DNA of 64,000 nt from Bilabrum cf. latius (GCA_965178125.1 OZ237750.1:558001-622000), one strand, 5' to 3'. Positions 49,901-62,400 are shown, counted from the stretch's first letter. The notes: a model not told the origin generated them from the letters alone. A program made the numbers and translations.

Positions 49901-52900
49901 GTCCATGCCTTTAGGTTGGAAAGCTCAACTGGGGATGCAATGCGAATGGCCGAACCCAATAGAAAGTTTCCCTCATGTTGAGGCGGTGGAGGTACGGACT
50001 CCCGTTGTGGCGTGGGCCGTGCGCTCATGGTCAATGCATGGGTCATCAGGCGCGGTCCGAGCCGATCGCGCAGTCGTACACTCCATGCCCCGCCATCGAA
50101 GAAGCCCAAGCCAGTGGCTGCACCCATGGCGGTCGCCGCAGAGCCTCGGCACAGGATCGCAGATCACCGCGTGGACACCTCCGCATCCCCTGGCCCCCAT
50201 GCTGGACTCGCTGGCTGGCACCGGCGCCCTGCATGCTGCGCCTGCTGCCGTCCTGCCATTTGTTCGCCCCGCACTCACGGACGACGAGTCCGTCCCCGAC
50301 TGGCCCTCGGCGCTGCCCAGTCTCGGCAGCGACGTGCAGCCACTGACGCCGGCGCCCGAAGTGGTGCTGGAGGTGAGCGGCGTGGGATCGCGGGACCTGC
50401 TGCAGTATGCCACCAGCATCAGCTGCACGCTGACACTGGAAGCATGGGCCCCGTGGCGGGATGGCGCAGCGGCTCGTGTGGCTGCAGGGGGCAACCTGGA
50501 GTCTCCCCGTCTGGTGGGCAACATCTCGTGGGACGGCGTGCCTGCGTGGGAGGATCTAGGCGATGCGGAGGCGCCGTCCAGCAGTCTGCTGCCGCGGGGA
50601 CCGGACCTGCATGCCGCCACCGCCACGCTGCAAGCGGAAGTCGACGATGGCGCCTGGGCAGATCAGGAGGGCCTGGGCTCCTCCCAGCTGCAGTCGGCCC
50701 AGGCACAGCTCCGGGCCGTGGCCAACGCCACCACCGGCATGTCGTCCAGTAGTGGGGTGGCGCGTGTCCGGTTCCCGCATGTGGGCATAGCCGGCGTATC
50801 GTCGTCAGCATCTGTGGTGCTCGGAGCTCGATGCGCATGGGGAGACACGTACAGCATGATGCGGGCCCCGTCAGCCGTGCGGCCGCTGCTGCGTGCAGAC
50901 GTGCTGCCACTGTCGGTGGCTCTGGATCGGGACAGCATGGCTGCGTAGATCGCCGACACCGTGCAACAGGATGCAGCGCGCAGATCCAGCAACGCCTCCG
51001 TGGCGCCCGTGGTGGTCGTAGCTCCATGGTCGCACAGTCCCGACCAGGACACCTCCCCGACTCCTCGAGAGGTCGTTGGTCAGGTGCAGCCCGAGGGCCA
51101 GGTGCTGGGACTGGTGCCGGCGCCTGTGGCCACGGTGAGCGCGGTGCCTCCGTTCGACAGACTGCTGGTGCGCGGGACCACGCCGCGCAGCAGTAGCTCC
51201 CGCCTGGACTCCGAGCAAGCCGCCAAGGTGCAGCTGCATCTGCGCAAGACCCCTGGAGCAGCGACACGATCTGACCACCAGTGGCCGGGCCGCCTGATAA
51301 TGCCCCACCTCGTGGCAGGCCGTGAGTCCCAGACCGACCGCGCCCCGCTGCCGGCCTCCAGCATCGTCCTTGCCAACGCTTCTGACAGCCGGCCGCTGGT
51401 GCGGGGACTGGGCAGCAGCGCATCGCAATGGGTGGCGAGGTTTCAGCGTGTCGGGCTGGCCACACTGCGCGCGGACCAGCTGGACACCGCCATGCACCGT
51501 GGCGGAGCCGCGTACCTGTCTGTGGAGGCCACGTGGATCACGGGCGAGACCTTCATGCACTCTGCTCCGGGAAGTGATGCATCGGACCTGCTGGCGCTGG
51601 TGCCGCCCATGGCGGTGCGCTGGTGGACGGGCGAGGGCGGGGAGCTGGACGCATGGCGAGCCGCGGCGCATGATCTGCTGGTGACAGCGGAGCATCAGGC
51701 CGATGATCAGGCGTCCGTGGACACGGTTGCGCTGACTGCCGCCATGCCCAGCGTGAGCCGCAACTACATCCTGAGCGGGTCAGCCCCGGATGTGCCTCTG
51801 ACCGATGCCGAGCTGCAGCCGGCCCTGCCATTGCCTCGGGTGGTGGTGGGCATGGTACTGCCGTGCAATCTGACGGATGCGTGGCCGGGTCTGTGGGAAG
51901 TCCCGGAGGCTGGGTCCTTCGAGGCCGGCCAGGGCGCGGGTGCTGGTCTGAGATGCAGGACGCAATCAGCGCCAGCTGACGAGCTGCAAGAGACCAACCA
52001 GACCGCGACCGCGCTGCTGCGACTGCATCGGTCCATGGCGGCTGTGGGTGGATGGCAGGCGCTGAGCGGGCCTGATGCGAGCACATGCGGGTCCCCGCCA
52101 AGGCTGCGCTGCGACGCCTTGCTTGTATCGACATCTTCGTCGTCGGATCCCGGGACCCTCTTGGATGGTGACCTTGTAGGCTGGACCCGCATGTACACCG
52201 TGCCTGTGCCCGAGCCATGGCAGCGGGATCAGGGCTTGGGCGTTATGTGCGAGCAGTCGATTGTGCTGCCCGCGGTGGCACAGGCCCACTCGCTGGGCGT
52301 GGCATCAGACTTCGACAGTGTGAGCACTGTGGATGCCACGTGTCAGTGGCTGACTGGAGGAGCGGTGCGATCGCGGGACAGCCCGAGGATGTCATTAGGC
52401 AATCCGCATTCCATGACAGGCAGCTTGCTGCAGATGCAATCTCCTGTTGTGGCGTGGGCCGTGCGCTCATGGTCAATGCATGGGTCATCAGGCGCGGTCC
52501 GAGCCGATCGCGCAGTCGTACACTCCATGCCCCGCCATCGAAGAAGCCCAAGCCAGTGGCTGCACCCATGGCGGTCGCCGCAGAGCCTCGGCACAGGATC
52601 GCAGATCACCGCGTGGACACCTCCGCATCCCCTGGCCCCCATGCTGGACTCGCTGGCTGGCACCGGCGCCCTGCATGCTGCGCCTGCTGCCGTCCTGCCA
52701 TTTGTTCGCCCCGCACTCACGGACGACGAGTCCGTCCCCGACTGGCCCTCGGCGCTGCCCAGCCTCGGCAGCGACGTGCAGCCACTGACGCCGGCGCCCG
52801 AAGTGGTGCTGGAGGTGAGCGGCGTGGGATCCCGGGACCTGCTGCAGTATGCCACCAGCATCAGCTGCACGCTGACACTGGAAGCATGGGCCCCGTGGCG

Positions 52901-55900
52901 GGATGGCGCAGCGGCTCGTGTGGCTGCAGGGGGCAACCTGGAGTCTCCCCGTCTGGTGGGCAACATCTCGTGGGACGGCGTGCCTGCGTGGGAGGATCTA
53001 GGCGATGCGGAGGCGCCGTCCAGCAGTCTGCTGCCGCGGGGACCGGACCTGCATGCCGCCACCGCCACGCTGCAAGCGGAAGTCGACGATGGCGCCTGGG
53101 CAGATCAGGAGGGCCTGGGCTCCTCCCAGCTGCAGTCGGCCCAGGCACAGCTCCGGGCCGTGGCCAACGCCACCACCGGCATGTCGTCCAGTAGTGGGGT
53201 GGCGCGTGTCCGGTTCCCGCATGTGGGCATAGCCGGCGTATCGTCGTCAGCATCTGTGGTGCTCGGAGCTCGATGCGCATGGGGAGACACGTACAGCATG
53301 ATGCGGGCCCCGTCAGCCGTGCGGCCGCTGCTGCGTGCAGACGTGCTGCCACTGTCGGTGGCTCTGGATCGGGACAGCATGGCTGCGTAGATCGCCGACA
53401 CCGTGCAACAGGATGCAGCGCGCAGATCCAGCAACGCCTCCGTGGCGCCCGTGGTGGTCGTAGCTCCATGGTCGCACAGTCCCGACCAGGACACCTCCCC
53501 GACTCCTCGAGAGGTCGTTGGTCAGGTGCAGCCCGAGGGCCAGGTGCTGGGACTGGTGCCGGCGCCTGTGGCCACGGTGAGCGCGGTGCCTCCGTTCGAC
53601 AGACTGCTGGTGCGCGGGACCACGCCGCGCAGCAGTAGCTCCCGCCTGGACTCCGAGCAAGCCGCCAAGGTGCAGCTGCATCTGCGCAAGACCCCTGGAG
53701 CAGCGACACGATCTGACCACCAGTGGCCGGGCCGCCTGATAATGCCCCACCTCGTGGCAGGCCGTGAGTCCCAGACCGACCGCGCCCCGCTGCCGGCCTC
53801 CAGCATCGTCCTTGCCAACGCTTCTGACAGCCGGCCGCTGGTGCGGGGACTGGGCAGCAGCGCATCGCAATGGGCGGCGAGATTTCAGCGTGTCGGGCTG
53901 GCCACACTACGCGCGGACCAGCTGGACACCGCCATGCACCGTGGCGGAGCCGCGTACCTGTCTGTGGAGGCCACGTGGATCACGGGCGAGACCTTCATGC
54001 ACTCTGCTCACGGCAGTGATGCATCGGACCTGCTGGCGCTGGTGCCGCCCATGGCGGTGCGCTGGTGGACGGGCGAGGGCGGGGAGCTGGACGCATGGCG
54101 AGCCGCGGCACATGATCTGCTGGTGACAGCGGAGCATCAGGCCGATGGTCAGGCGTCCGTGGACACGGTTGCGCTGACTGCCGCTATGCCCAGCGTGAGC
54201 CGCAACTACATCCTGAGCGGGTCAGCCCCGGATGTGCCTCTGACCGATGCCGAGCTGCAGCCGGCCCTGCCATTGCCTCGGGTGGTGGTGGGCATGGTAC
54301 TGCCGTGCAATCTGACGGATGCGTGGCCGGGTCTGTGGGAAGTCCCGGAGGCTGGGTCCTTCGAGGCCGGCCAGGGCGCGGGTGCTGGTCTGAGATGCAG
54401 GGCGCAATCAGCGCGAGCTGACGAGCTGCAAGAGACCAACCAGGCCGCGACCGCGCTGCTGCGACTGCATCGGTCCATGGCGGCTGTGGGTGGATGGCAG
54501 GCGCTGAGCGGGCCTGATGCGAGCACATGCGGGTCCCCGCCAAGGCTGCGCTGCGACGCCTTGCTTGTATCGACATCTTCGTCGTCGGATCCCGGGACCC
54601 TCTTGGATGGTGACCTTGTAGGCTGGACCCGCATGTACACCGTGCCTGTGCCCGAGCCATGGCAGCGGGATCAGGGCTTGGGCGTTGTGTGCGAGCAGTC
54701 GATTGCGCTGCCCGCGGTGGCACAGGCCCACTCGCTGGGCGTGGCATCAGACTTCGACAGTGTGAGCACTGTGGATGCCACATGCCAGTGGCTGACTGGA
54801 GGAGCAGTGCGGTCGCGAGACGGCCCGAGAGTATCATAGGCCAACTCGCATTCCATGACAGGCAGCTTGCTGTCGGTGCAAGTGCCAACAGTGTCTGTTG
54901 GATGGGCAAAAGTGGATAATGCTGGTAGCCAATCCATCGCACAATGCCCGGCGACAGATCCACTTGCTGTGCAACAGGCCGTGGACTTGCTTGCCTCCGA
55001 TGTCTCTGGAAATGACCAGGCGGGGTCTCCCCTCAAGGTGCTGTATGGCGATACACACCCGGTTGCGGTGAGCATTACAAAGTCGTATGCTAATGGACTT
55101 GGTGGCCTCATATTCTTGCCGTTGTCACCAACTGAAGCTGCCGCCACCGGCTGTACCCTGTCAGTCGCCGGTTCTAGCGGGAGCGACGAGGCAGCGAGGC
55201 TGAAAGGAGGGGAGGCTTTCACGTTTGCTCGGCCTCAAGTTCAAGCAAGTGCCGGCGATGCGTCCATTGCTACGCTGTGCATGCAGCTACTGGCAGATAG
55301 AGGGTCAAGGGCACAGCTGGTAGTGTAGTGTGAGCTGTCAGGGCGTATCGTCTACAGTCCGCAGCTACACGTGAAACTGCCTGAGCTTCAGCTGAGATTC
55401 ATGCAATGGCTAGGCACCGTGGCCAAGCCCAGCACGCCGCAGCAGCCGCTGCCTATCAGACCTGCCGGGGCTGTGGGTTTGCAGGATACAGACAGACAAG
55501 GTAGGCCCCTTCCTGCGCAGTGTATCGTGCGCTTAGACGAGGCTGCAAGTCTCCTCGACGATGCATCTAGGCCGTGGGTGAGGCCTCCACTGGGTCACGA
55601 TGGGAGCTAGGATCCCACGCTGGTGACGGCTGCCCTGCTTGTGCCTCCTGCGGGGGGCTACAGGCCATCCGTGGATCTTGATGTACTGGATCTCCAGCTG
55701 GACCAGCGCTAGGCTCGGATGGAGCAGCTGGGCATGGACCCCGACAGCTAGCACGCCGCAACACTCACGGGATCAGCGGGTCTGCCAGCACGCAAGCTGC
55801 TTCCAGTGGTTGCGGCCCTTGATTCCCAGGAGCGCGAAGCAATCATTTCGCTCGGAGGTGTGGTTCCACTGGACCGCGTGGTACTGTAGGCAGACTATGG

Positions 55901-58610
55901 ACAGGTCCTGGCACTTGAAGTGGAGTGTTTCCGTGAGCAAGGCGGCGAGTCGGTGCTGCATCGAGCTGAGGTCAGGATGCGTGGTGATGTGGCTCGGTGG
56001 GCTGTAAACCCTCCAGTATCCGTGTAGTCGCAGGAACCGTTCGAAATGGCGCTTGAGATAGTCACGGTTTGGGACGGGCACGCTGAAGTGGACCCACCTG
56101 TGCGGGCCGTGGACGAAGTGCACGTGAGCTGCGAGGCAAGGCTGCTGTCGGACGATCCTTCGGTACTCCTCTTCAATCCTTCTGCAGTGGCACGGGGGGG
56201 GCTGGTGGAGTGGCCAGCTATCGCTGCTCTGGGCAGGGCTGGGATGACATACGATATTGAGGTGGTGTGCTTCCGTGGCGAGTCGGTGCGCATGCCTGGA
56301 ACACCGATCCGTAGTCGCATCAAGGTATAGCCCTGTGGACCAGGCAGTGAGCCTACGGGGCTAGGCGGGGTCCGGTGCGGGGACTGTCCACCTCTGTCGT
56401 ACGCTCTCGGGGGCGATGGCCAGGCGTGCAAGTCCTGTCCAGATGAGCTGGGCTTCGCGTCGTGCGCAGGTGGAATCCTGCAGCTGCCCAGCAAAGGGTG
56501 GTACCTTGTGCCGGATGAAGATTCAGCCCCTGTAGTCAATGCCAGCACGGGAGAAAGGCTACTCACGGCCGAGTCCGAGGTGCACGAGTGCCTTCACGCA
56601 GAGGCTTGTGTCATTGACAGAGACCAAAGGGTGCTGGCATGTGCAGAGGGACACTCGGGTCCACTCTGTGCAGTATGTGATGAAGAGAAAGGATTCGGGG
56701 CCAGCTCAACACCCGGTGAATGCGTGGAGTGCGGTTCTTCGGCTGAGAACTGGGCCTTGGTGGGTCTAGGTGTGCTTGCACTAGCACTGGGTATACTATA
56801 TGTGGCAGTGCTTCAGGCGCCAGGCCGATCGAAGCGCATTGGAGTGGTCTTTAGGATCGGCATGAACTACGTGACGGCACTCGGTACTCTGGGGCTGTAC
56901 AAAGCCAAGGGGACAGAGACGTTCCGCATGCTGATGGGATGGACCGAGACAGCAGGATCTAGCCTGTTTGCAGGCAGCCCTTTGCAGTGTGCGGCGCGTC
57001 CAAGCTTCTACACGGTGTTCTACACGGCGATTCTATTTCCGGTGGTGGTGAGTGCGGTCGCCATTGTGATGAATGTTCTAGCATTCCTAATAGAGGCCTT
57101 TACAGGTGCCAAGGTGCGGCACACAGACTTGTCCATCTGTTCATCAGCAACTGGATGCATATTGCAGACCTGTCAATCTAGGGGCAGAGGTCGTTCAAGT
57201 GGTAGCGCACGTGGTGCTGGTCTCAAAATGACCACACTCTCGAGCAATCCGGAATTTTAGCCAGTGGACCAGCCTCGGGCTGGCAATAGGCCCGGTGGAA
57301 TTCGTCGAAAAGACACGCGTACTGCCAAGACGCTAATGACTCAGAACCCGCTGCAACCATCACCAGGTCCGAATTCAGCTACAACGTCGCCAGTGGTGGA
57401 TGCTTCATCAGATTTCAGCACGAATAACCCTCTACAAGCCTCTGGACACGTCGTACCTTTGCCAATACTACAGCAAGATGGCATGAACGGCAGGGCAGAT
57501 GAACCACTTGGCGCATTGCTGGAGTACTTGGTGGAGCTTCGCTTCATGGGGACAGCCGTGCTGGTGGCGTGCCTGTCCTACACAGTGGTGTCTTCCATGG
57601 CCTTGTCGGTCTTTGACTGCCTACCAGATGCCATCGGAGGCCGAGTGTACCTCAAGCGCGATCTGCGCATAGAGTGCCACGAAGGCAGCCATGTTGGACT
57701 GCAGGTAGGGGCAGGCGCAGTGCTGCTTATTCTGGGTCTGGGACTGCCCGTCGGGGTTGGTACTTTGCTATATCGCACGGATTCGCACATACTGCGGCAC
57801 AATGATGCTTTCTTTGAGCTTTACGGGTTCCTCTACCGCGGGTATGATATTGATCGGGGCCTGCAGTCTTGGGAGTCTTTGGTAATGATTAAAAAAGTGG
57901 CCATCGTAGCTATTGGGTCACTGGTCACGGAGCCATACAATGCCGTGCAGCTTTCCATCAGCATTTCAGTGGTGGCACTCGTCCTCCACGCGCTCTACTA
58001 CCCTTACGAGCAGCTGCTGCTCAACCGTGCAGAGCTGGTGTGCCTTCTGGCGCTCACCATGACCCAGGTGCTATCAGTCATGTACCTGCGAAGCGAGGAC
58101 ATGGCGCTGTCCGAGGAGGCCGAGCTCGAGTCGGCGGGTCTGACCGGCCAAATGGGTGGTGGCAGCAGTGGTGGTGCAACGCTGCAGGAGTAGGGTGGAA
58201 GGAATGGCTCGTTGGTTGGGATGGATGGGGACACACTGGTAGGGACTAGTGGCCAGGGGAAGTTGTCGTCGCGATTGTATGGCACGAGCGTGATTGTGAC
58301 TCTAGGACTGTGCGTTGTGAACTTTGTGGCTGCTGGTGTGTTGCTGTACACCGGTGTTCAAGTGTGGCGGGAGGATAAGAGGCAGCAGCTGCTTGAGTCC
58401 ACTAGCACAGCACGCCCAACGGTAGTTCCGAGCTGTGCGGAGCCTGAGCATAAGGAGGAGTCGCGACTAGCAGCATTCCTGGCAGGCAGTCTGCACGGCT
58501 AGCCACGAAGGACGGGGGTGGGTGAGTCTTCTCGCCGGGGATTAGCGGCGTCTCAAGGCGGCGACACTATCTAGAGTGGAAGTCGGTCTAGTGGGAAACT
58601 GCTGCAGTGA
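37929..58610 (+). CDS. Giant (~6,040 aa) cell-surface multi-pass membrane protein: signal peptide, RCC1-like blades, GG-type beta-helix repeats, duplicated 814-aa block, Cys-rich region, polytopic TM domain
   Basis: Exon 37929-38015 (signal peptide), six 114-nt exons, then one exon 41253-58610. All ~29 ORF-track pieces in the last exon share one frame, and every gap I translated contains only TAG; ends TGA at 58608. C-terminal motifs CAEGHSGPLCAVC, YLKRDLRIEC, YGFLYRGY..WESLVMIKK and YPYE..LLNRAE. Confidence 0.85.
38148..41142 (+). repeat. Array of six paralogous phase 0-0 exons (114 nt, 38 aa), each one RCC1/BLIP-II-like blade
   Basis: Exons 38148-38261, 38568-38681, 39263-39376, 39891-40004, 40360-40473 and 41029-41142. 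Each is flanked by cag| and |gt(g/a)ag. Consensus xxAGxxHSCGxERSGRIRCWGxNxxGxAPxxVSGDFxQ. Confidence 0.92.
49999..54872 (+). repeat. Near-identical tandem duplication, period 2,442 bp (814 codons, frame-preserving)
   Basis: Copies approx. 49999-52440 and 52441-54872. Matching ORF-track entries are offset by 2,442 (e.g. 50961 and 53403). Confidence 0.97.
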
Positions 58611-59428
58611 CACCCGGCGGCATTGAGAAAGCTGGCAAGACATCCAGCGGAATGCTACGCCCACAGTCGTAACGGAATTCAGGCTTGCCAATTATTATGA
58701 TCGAGTGCTTGGTTGTGGTAGTCTTCACGACCTATGGGTATCGATCGGATGGTATCGATGTTGGAGTAGGAGCGCTTGAACGTCTCATCGGGTTTCGCTG
58801 GCGATGGCAACCGGCGTCCGTGACCAATATTAACGGATTGCTCGCTGGCTTGATATGGCGCAATTACCATTTCTCTAGGCCTATGGGTTCAGAAGAGGCC
58901 ACCCTCCCGACCCCCTCCTCGGCGAAGTGGTGCACACACGTGACGCCCCAGTCAGTCCGGTCAAGGGTCGCGTGCGCGCACAACTGTGCAAAGTCTTGCT
59001 ATCGGTAATTTGATTGATTTGGAGACTTGATTGCGGCTGTACTCTTGAGATCACACATTTACAAACTGGCGAGGGTAACCCTTTAGCGCACGAATAGAAC
59101 GCGGCTCGATTGCCGCCCAAGTCTATTTGTGACCTCCCGACTTTTTCATCCGCATGTGACCGGGTGATCCGATCCCTGATCCAGGTCACTCGTCACCTAC
59201 ACACCCTCACCTCAACCTGCCCGGCCTGTGTCTCCCCGTTTCTATCCACGGTATCAACCAGATGACCCAACCGATCATCTGCACTTATCCGGATCCCTCA
59301 CCCACTTACTCCGAGCATTAGCAGCCACGGGTAGTGCTCGGACATTGTTTAGTTGTGGCTGAACGACTGGTTGCTGCCAGTCATGAGTAATGATGGTTAT
59401 AGATTCTAGATTCTAAAAGTTGTATCGT

Positions 59429-62400
59429 TTAAGACCGGCGAGCGCGCCTGCCGTGCGCCACGCTGCTCTCAACGGGAGGGTATGCCGCCCGGATGGCGGG
59501 TCCAAGTGGCAGCAGATATAAATCGCCCGAGTGGGCGCCTTCCAGTCCATCCTCCTCCTCCTAGCCCTGTGCCTGCTTCGTCGCCTTACCCCCTTTCTTT
59601 TTGCCCTTGTCGGCCCCTCCGCGGGCAGGCCCCGAAGCCGCTGCATCCGACGCCTCGATGCCCCCGCCAGCGAAGCCCCCAAACACAGCCAAGCAGGGCT
59701 CTTCACACGCAGGGTACTCCTTGAGAGCCTGCTTGTTCCACCCCGCCGCCTGCAGTGCGCCTGCCAGTCCGCCCGGCAGAAGCACAGCGCTGTGGCCGGT
59801 GCGCCGCAGCACCCCCGCGTCCTCTCGGGATACCTCCAGCTTGTGCCAGGCCTGCGCATGCGTGTTCAGTACGTAGTAGGCAGTGTCTTCGGGGAAGTCG
59901 GGGCAGTCCCAACCCCCGAGGAACAGCACGAGCCCGTCCCCTATGCGAGTGGCCGTGTGCCCGAACCTGGGCGAGGGCCTGGCCCCGAAGCACTCGAGGG
60001 CAGACCACCGGAGAGACACAGAGGAACCCTGGTTGGCGGGGGCGAACTCGTCCAAATCCACGTTGTCGTCTTCCTCGTCCTCATCTTGGTCGGCATCCGA
60101 GCCGCTGGCACTTGAGGAAGATGCCGACTTGCCGCGCGCTTTCTTGCTCGCCTTTTTGCTAGGCGACTTCCTCTTCTTGCCCTTTTTGCCCGAGCCGGCC
60201 TCGACCACTTGAGCAGTCAGCAGGTGCACGTCGCCCAGCGCGTCATCGTCATGTACCCCGCCGAAGAGCACCGCAGTGTCGCTATCAGTGGCCGTCAGCG
60301 TGTGGAAGGTTCGGCCCGAAGGAGACTGCCCCTTTGGCCTGCTCGCGTCCCAGCAGTACTTCTCGAGGTCGAGCACGTGCACGTCCTGTGGCTGGCCGCG
60401 CTTGGCCTGGCCGCCGAACACAACCATGGACTTGCCGAGGCAGCACATGGCCGGGCTGGTGCGCGCTGAAGGCGGGCTTCCCGAGATGTTCGGCGTGAAC
60501 CACAGGGCCACGTCGAGGTCCAGAGTTTGCACCGTGGACACGGGGGAGGAAGGCTTGTTCTCTCCTCCGAAGCTGATGGCCATGGCTGTGTGCTCTGCAG
60601 GGGTGAGGGCATGCCACGCCCTGCAATCGGGCTTGTGTCCTCGGGGCTCCTCCCATGCCAGCTCACCGAAATCGAACTGCAGCGTATCGCCCAGCGACAC
60701 GGCCTCCCCGGACTCGTTGGTGGAGCCTCCGTGCACGGCAACGCACCCGTGGGAGGTGAGGCAGCTCACGTGTCCCCATCGCGGTTTGGGAGCAGGACCG
60801 TCCGCCTTCCTGGGCCGCACCTGAACAGGACGGCCTGCCTCCAGCCGCTGGGCGATCGACACCAGTGCTTGCTGCACCACCTGCGGGACGGGCCGCCCCT
60901 GCCCCCTCACCACTGCGCTTGCAGCCTCCACGAGCTGGTCCATGTCCATGGAGGCGTGCCCCAGGTCAGCGATGGACTGGGGGATCGTCATGGGCTGGCT
61001 GGATGCTTCCTCAACGACGTCGCCGGAGCCAGCGCCGGAGGACGGACCCGCAGAGCTGCTGGTCCCGCTGCTAGGGTCCCTTGGCGGCTGCACGATTCCA
61101 TCTTCCTCGTTTGCCACGCGCTCCAGCCGTCGCCTCTTGGGAGCCGACTCCTCAGAGGCGCTGGATGCCTCGCCGCTCGGGACGTGGGCCTCCTTGCGGG
61201 ACTGGGACGCAGCAGCTGCGGTCTTGAGCCAGTCCGGTGAAGTCTCATTTCCCGCACCCGTTGTCGTGCCGCCGGCACCACCGGCTCGTGTCCCGCTGCT
61301 GGGAGTGGCTACGTGCTGGCTCGACGGCTGCCGTGTCGTCGGCTGGGAGCCAACTGAGGCAGCCGAAGACGCTGCAGCTGATGAAGACGATGAGGACGAG
61401 GTGGGTGGCCTCTTACCGCTCTTGCTTGGCTCATTGTCCTCGTCTTCGCTGTCAGCCATCATCAAGCTGTCCACGCCTCCTCCTAGATCCGTCTCAAGCT
61501 CAAGCTCACTCGACCCGCCGTCCTGGGTCAGGTCCAGAGCATCCTCCACATCCCCTGGCCCAGGGCTCATCTGTGCCAGCGATATATCGTGCTGCTCCTG
61601 CTGCTCCACGGCATCGCCATCCCTGCTCGCGACAGCACCTGCGCTGCCGCGAGAGCTCTGCCTGCTGCCCCTTTCGCTCACTCTTGGGCGCTTGGAACCT
61701 AGTCCCAGCCCGCCTGACTTGCTGGCCTTCTCGGCCCCTGCTCCATCTGTTGAACCATGATCATCATCGCAGTCGCCCTCCATGGCCACCGCGGGTGACT
61801 CCGGCTTGCCCGTCCTCAGGAAGCTGTCTAGGCAGCCGTTGCGCGTTGGGGAACCAACCTCGCCAGCCCTGCCAGCTGTGCCCGATGCACCTCGTCCGCG
61901 CCGAGAGCGCCTCACTGGGGAAGCATGGACGGGCACTTTCTGCTTCTGCCCGCCCGCTTTCTTTGGTTTGGTTGGGGACTGCTGCACGCGGCGGTTCTTG
62001 TGAACCCCCTTTGAGGCAGCCGCTTGGGACGGTGACCGCAGCGGGCTGCGCTGCGCGGCGGCAGATGCGGCTGCGCGACTCGTGCCCCTAGCTTGAGCAT
62101 CATCATCGAGATCTTCAGTGTCCAGGTCGGTGGCCGAGGCCTGGTTGCGAAGCATGCTCTCGCCCACGTCCTGCACGGCAGGCACGGCTGGCGAGGACCC
62201 TCCGGCATGCGCGCTGCTCGCGCTTCGTGCTTTGGAACCCTGTTTGAGGGAGAATGACTGCGCAGAAGGATTTAATTTATTGCCTTGATGTGCAAGCACG
62301 GCCGACTGCAGCATGCTTGGGGGTACTGATTCAGTCTTCTAGGTTTGGCTGTGGTCGTCTTCTGCATCCCCATTGGCTCCACTCGCCGAAAATGATTTCG

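Noticed and set aside
331-62342. Genes with internal stops interpreted as pseudogenes or sequencing errors
   Set aside because: All interruptions are TAG, with no frameshifts or internal TAA/TGA. Catalytic motifs are intact, and the same TAG recurs in both duplicate copies.
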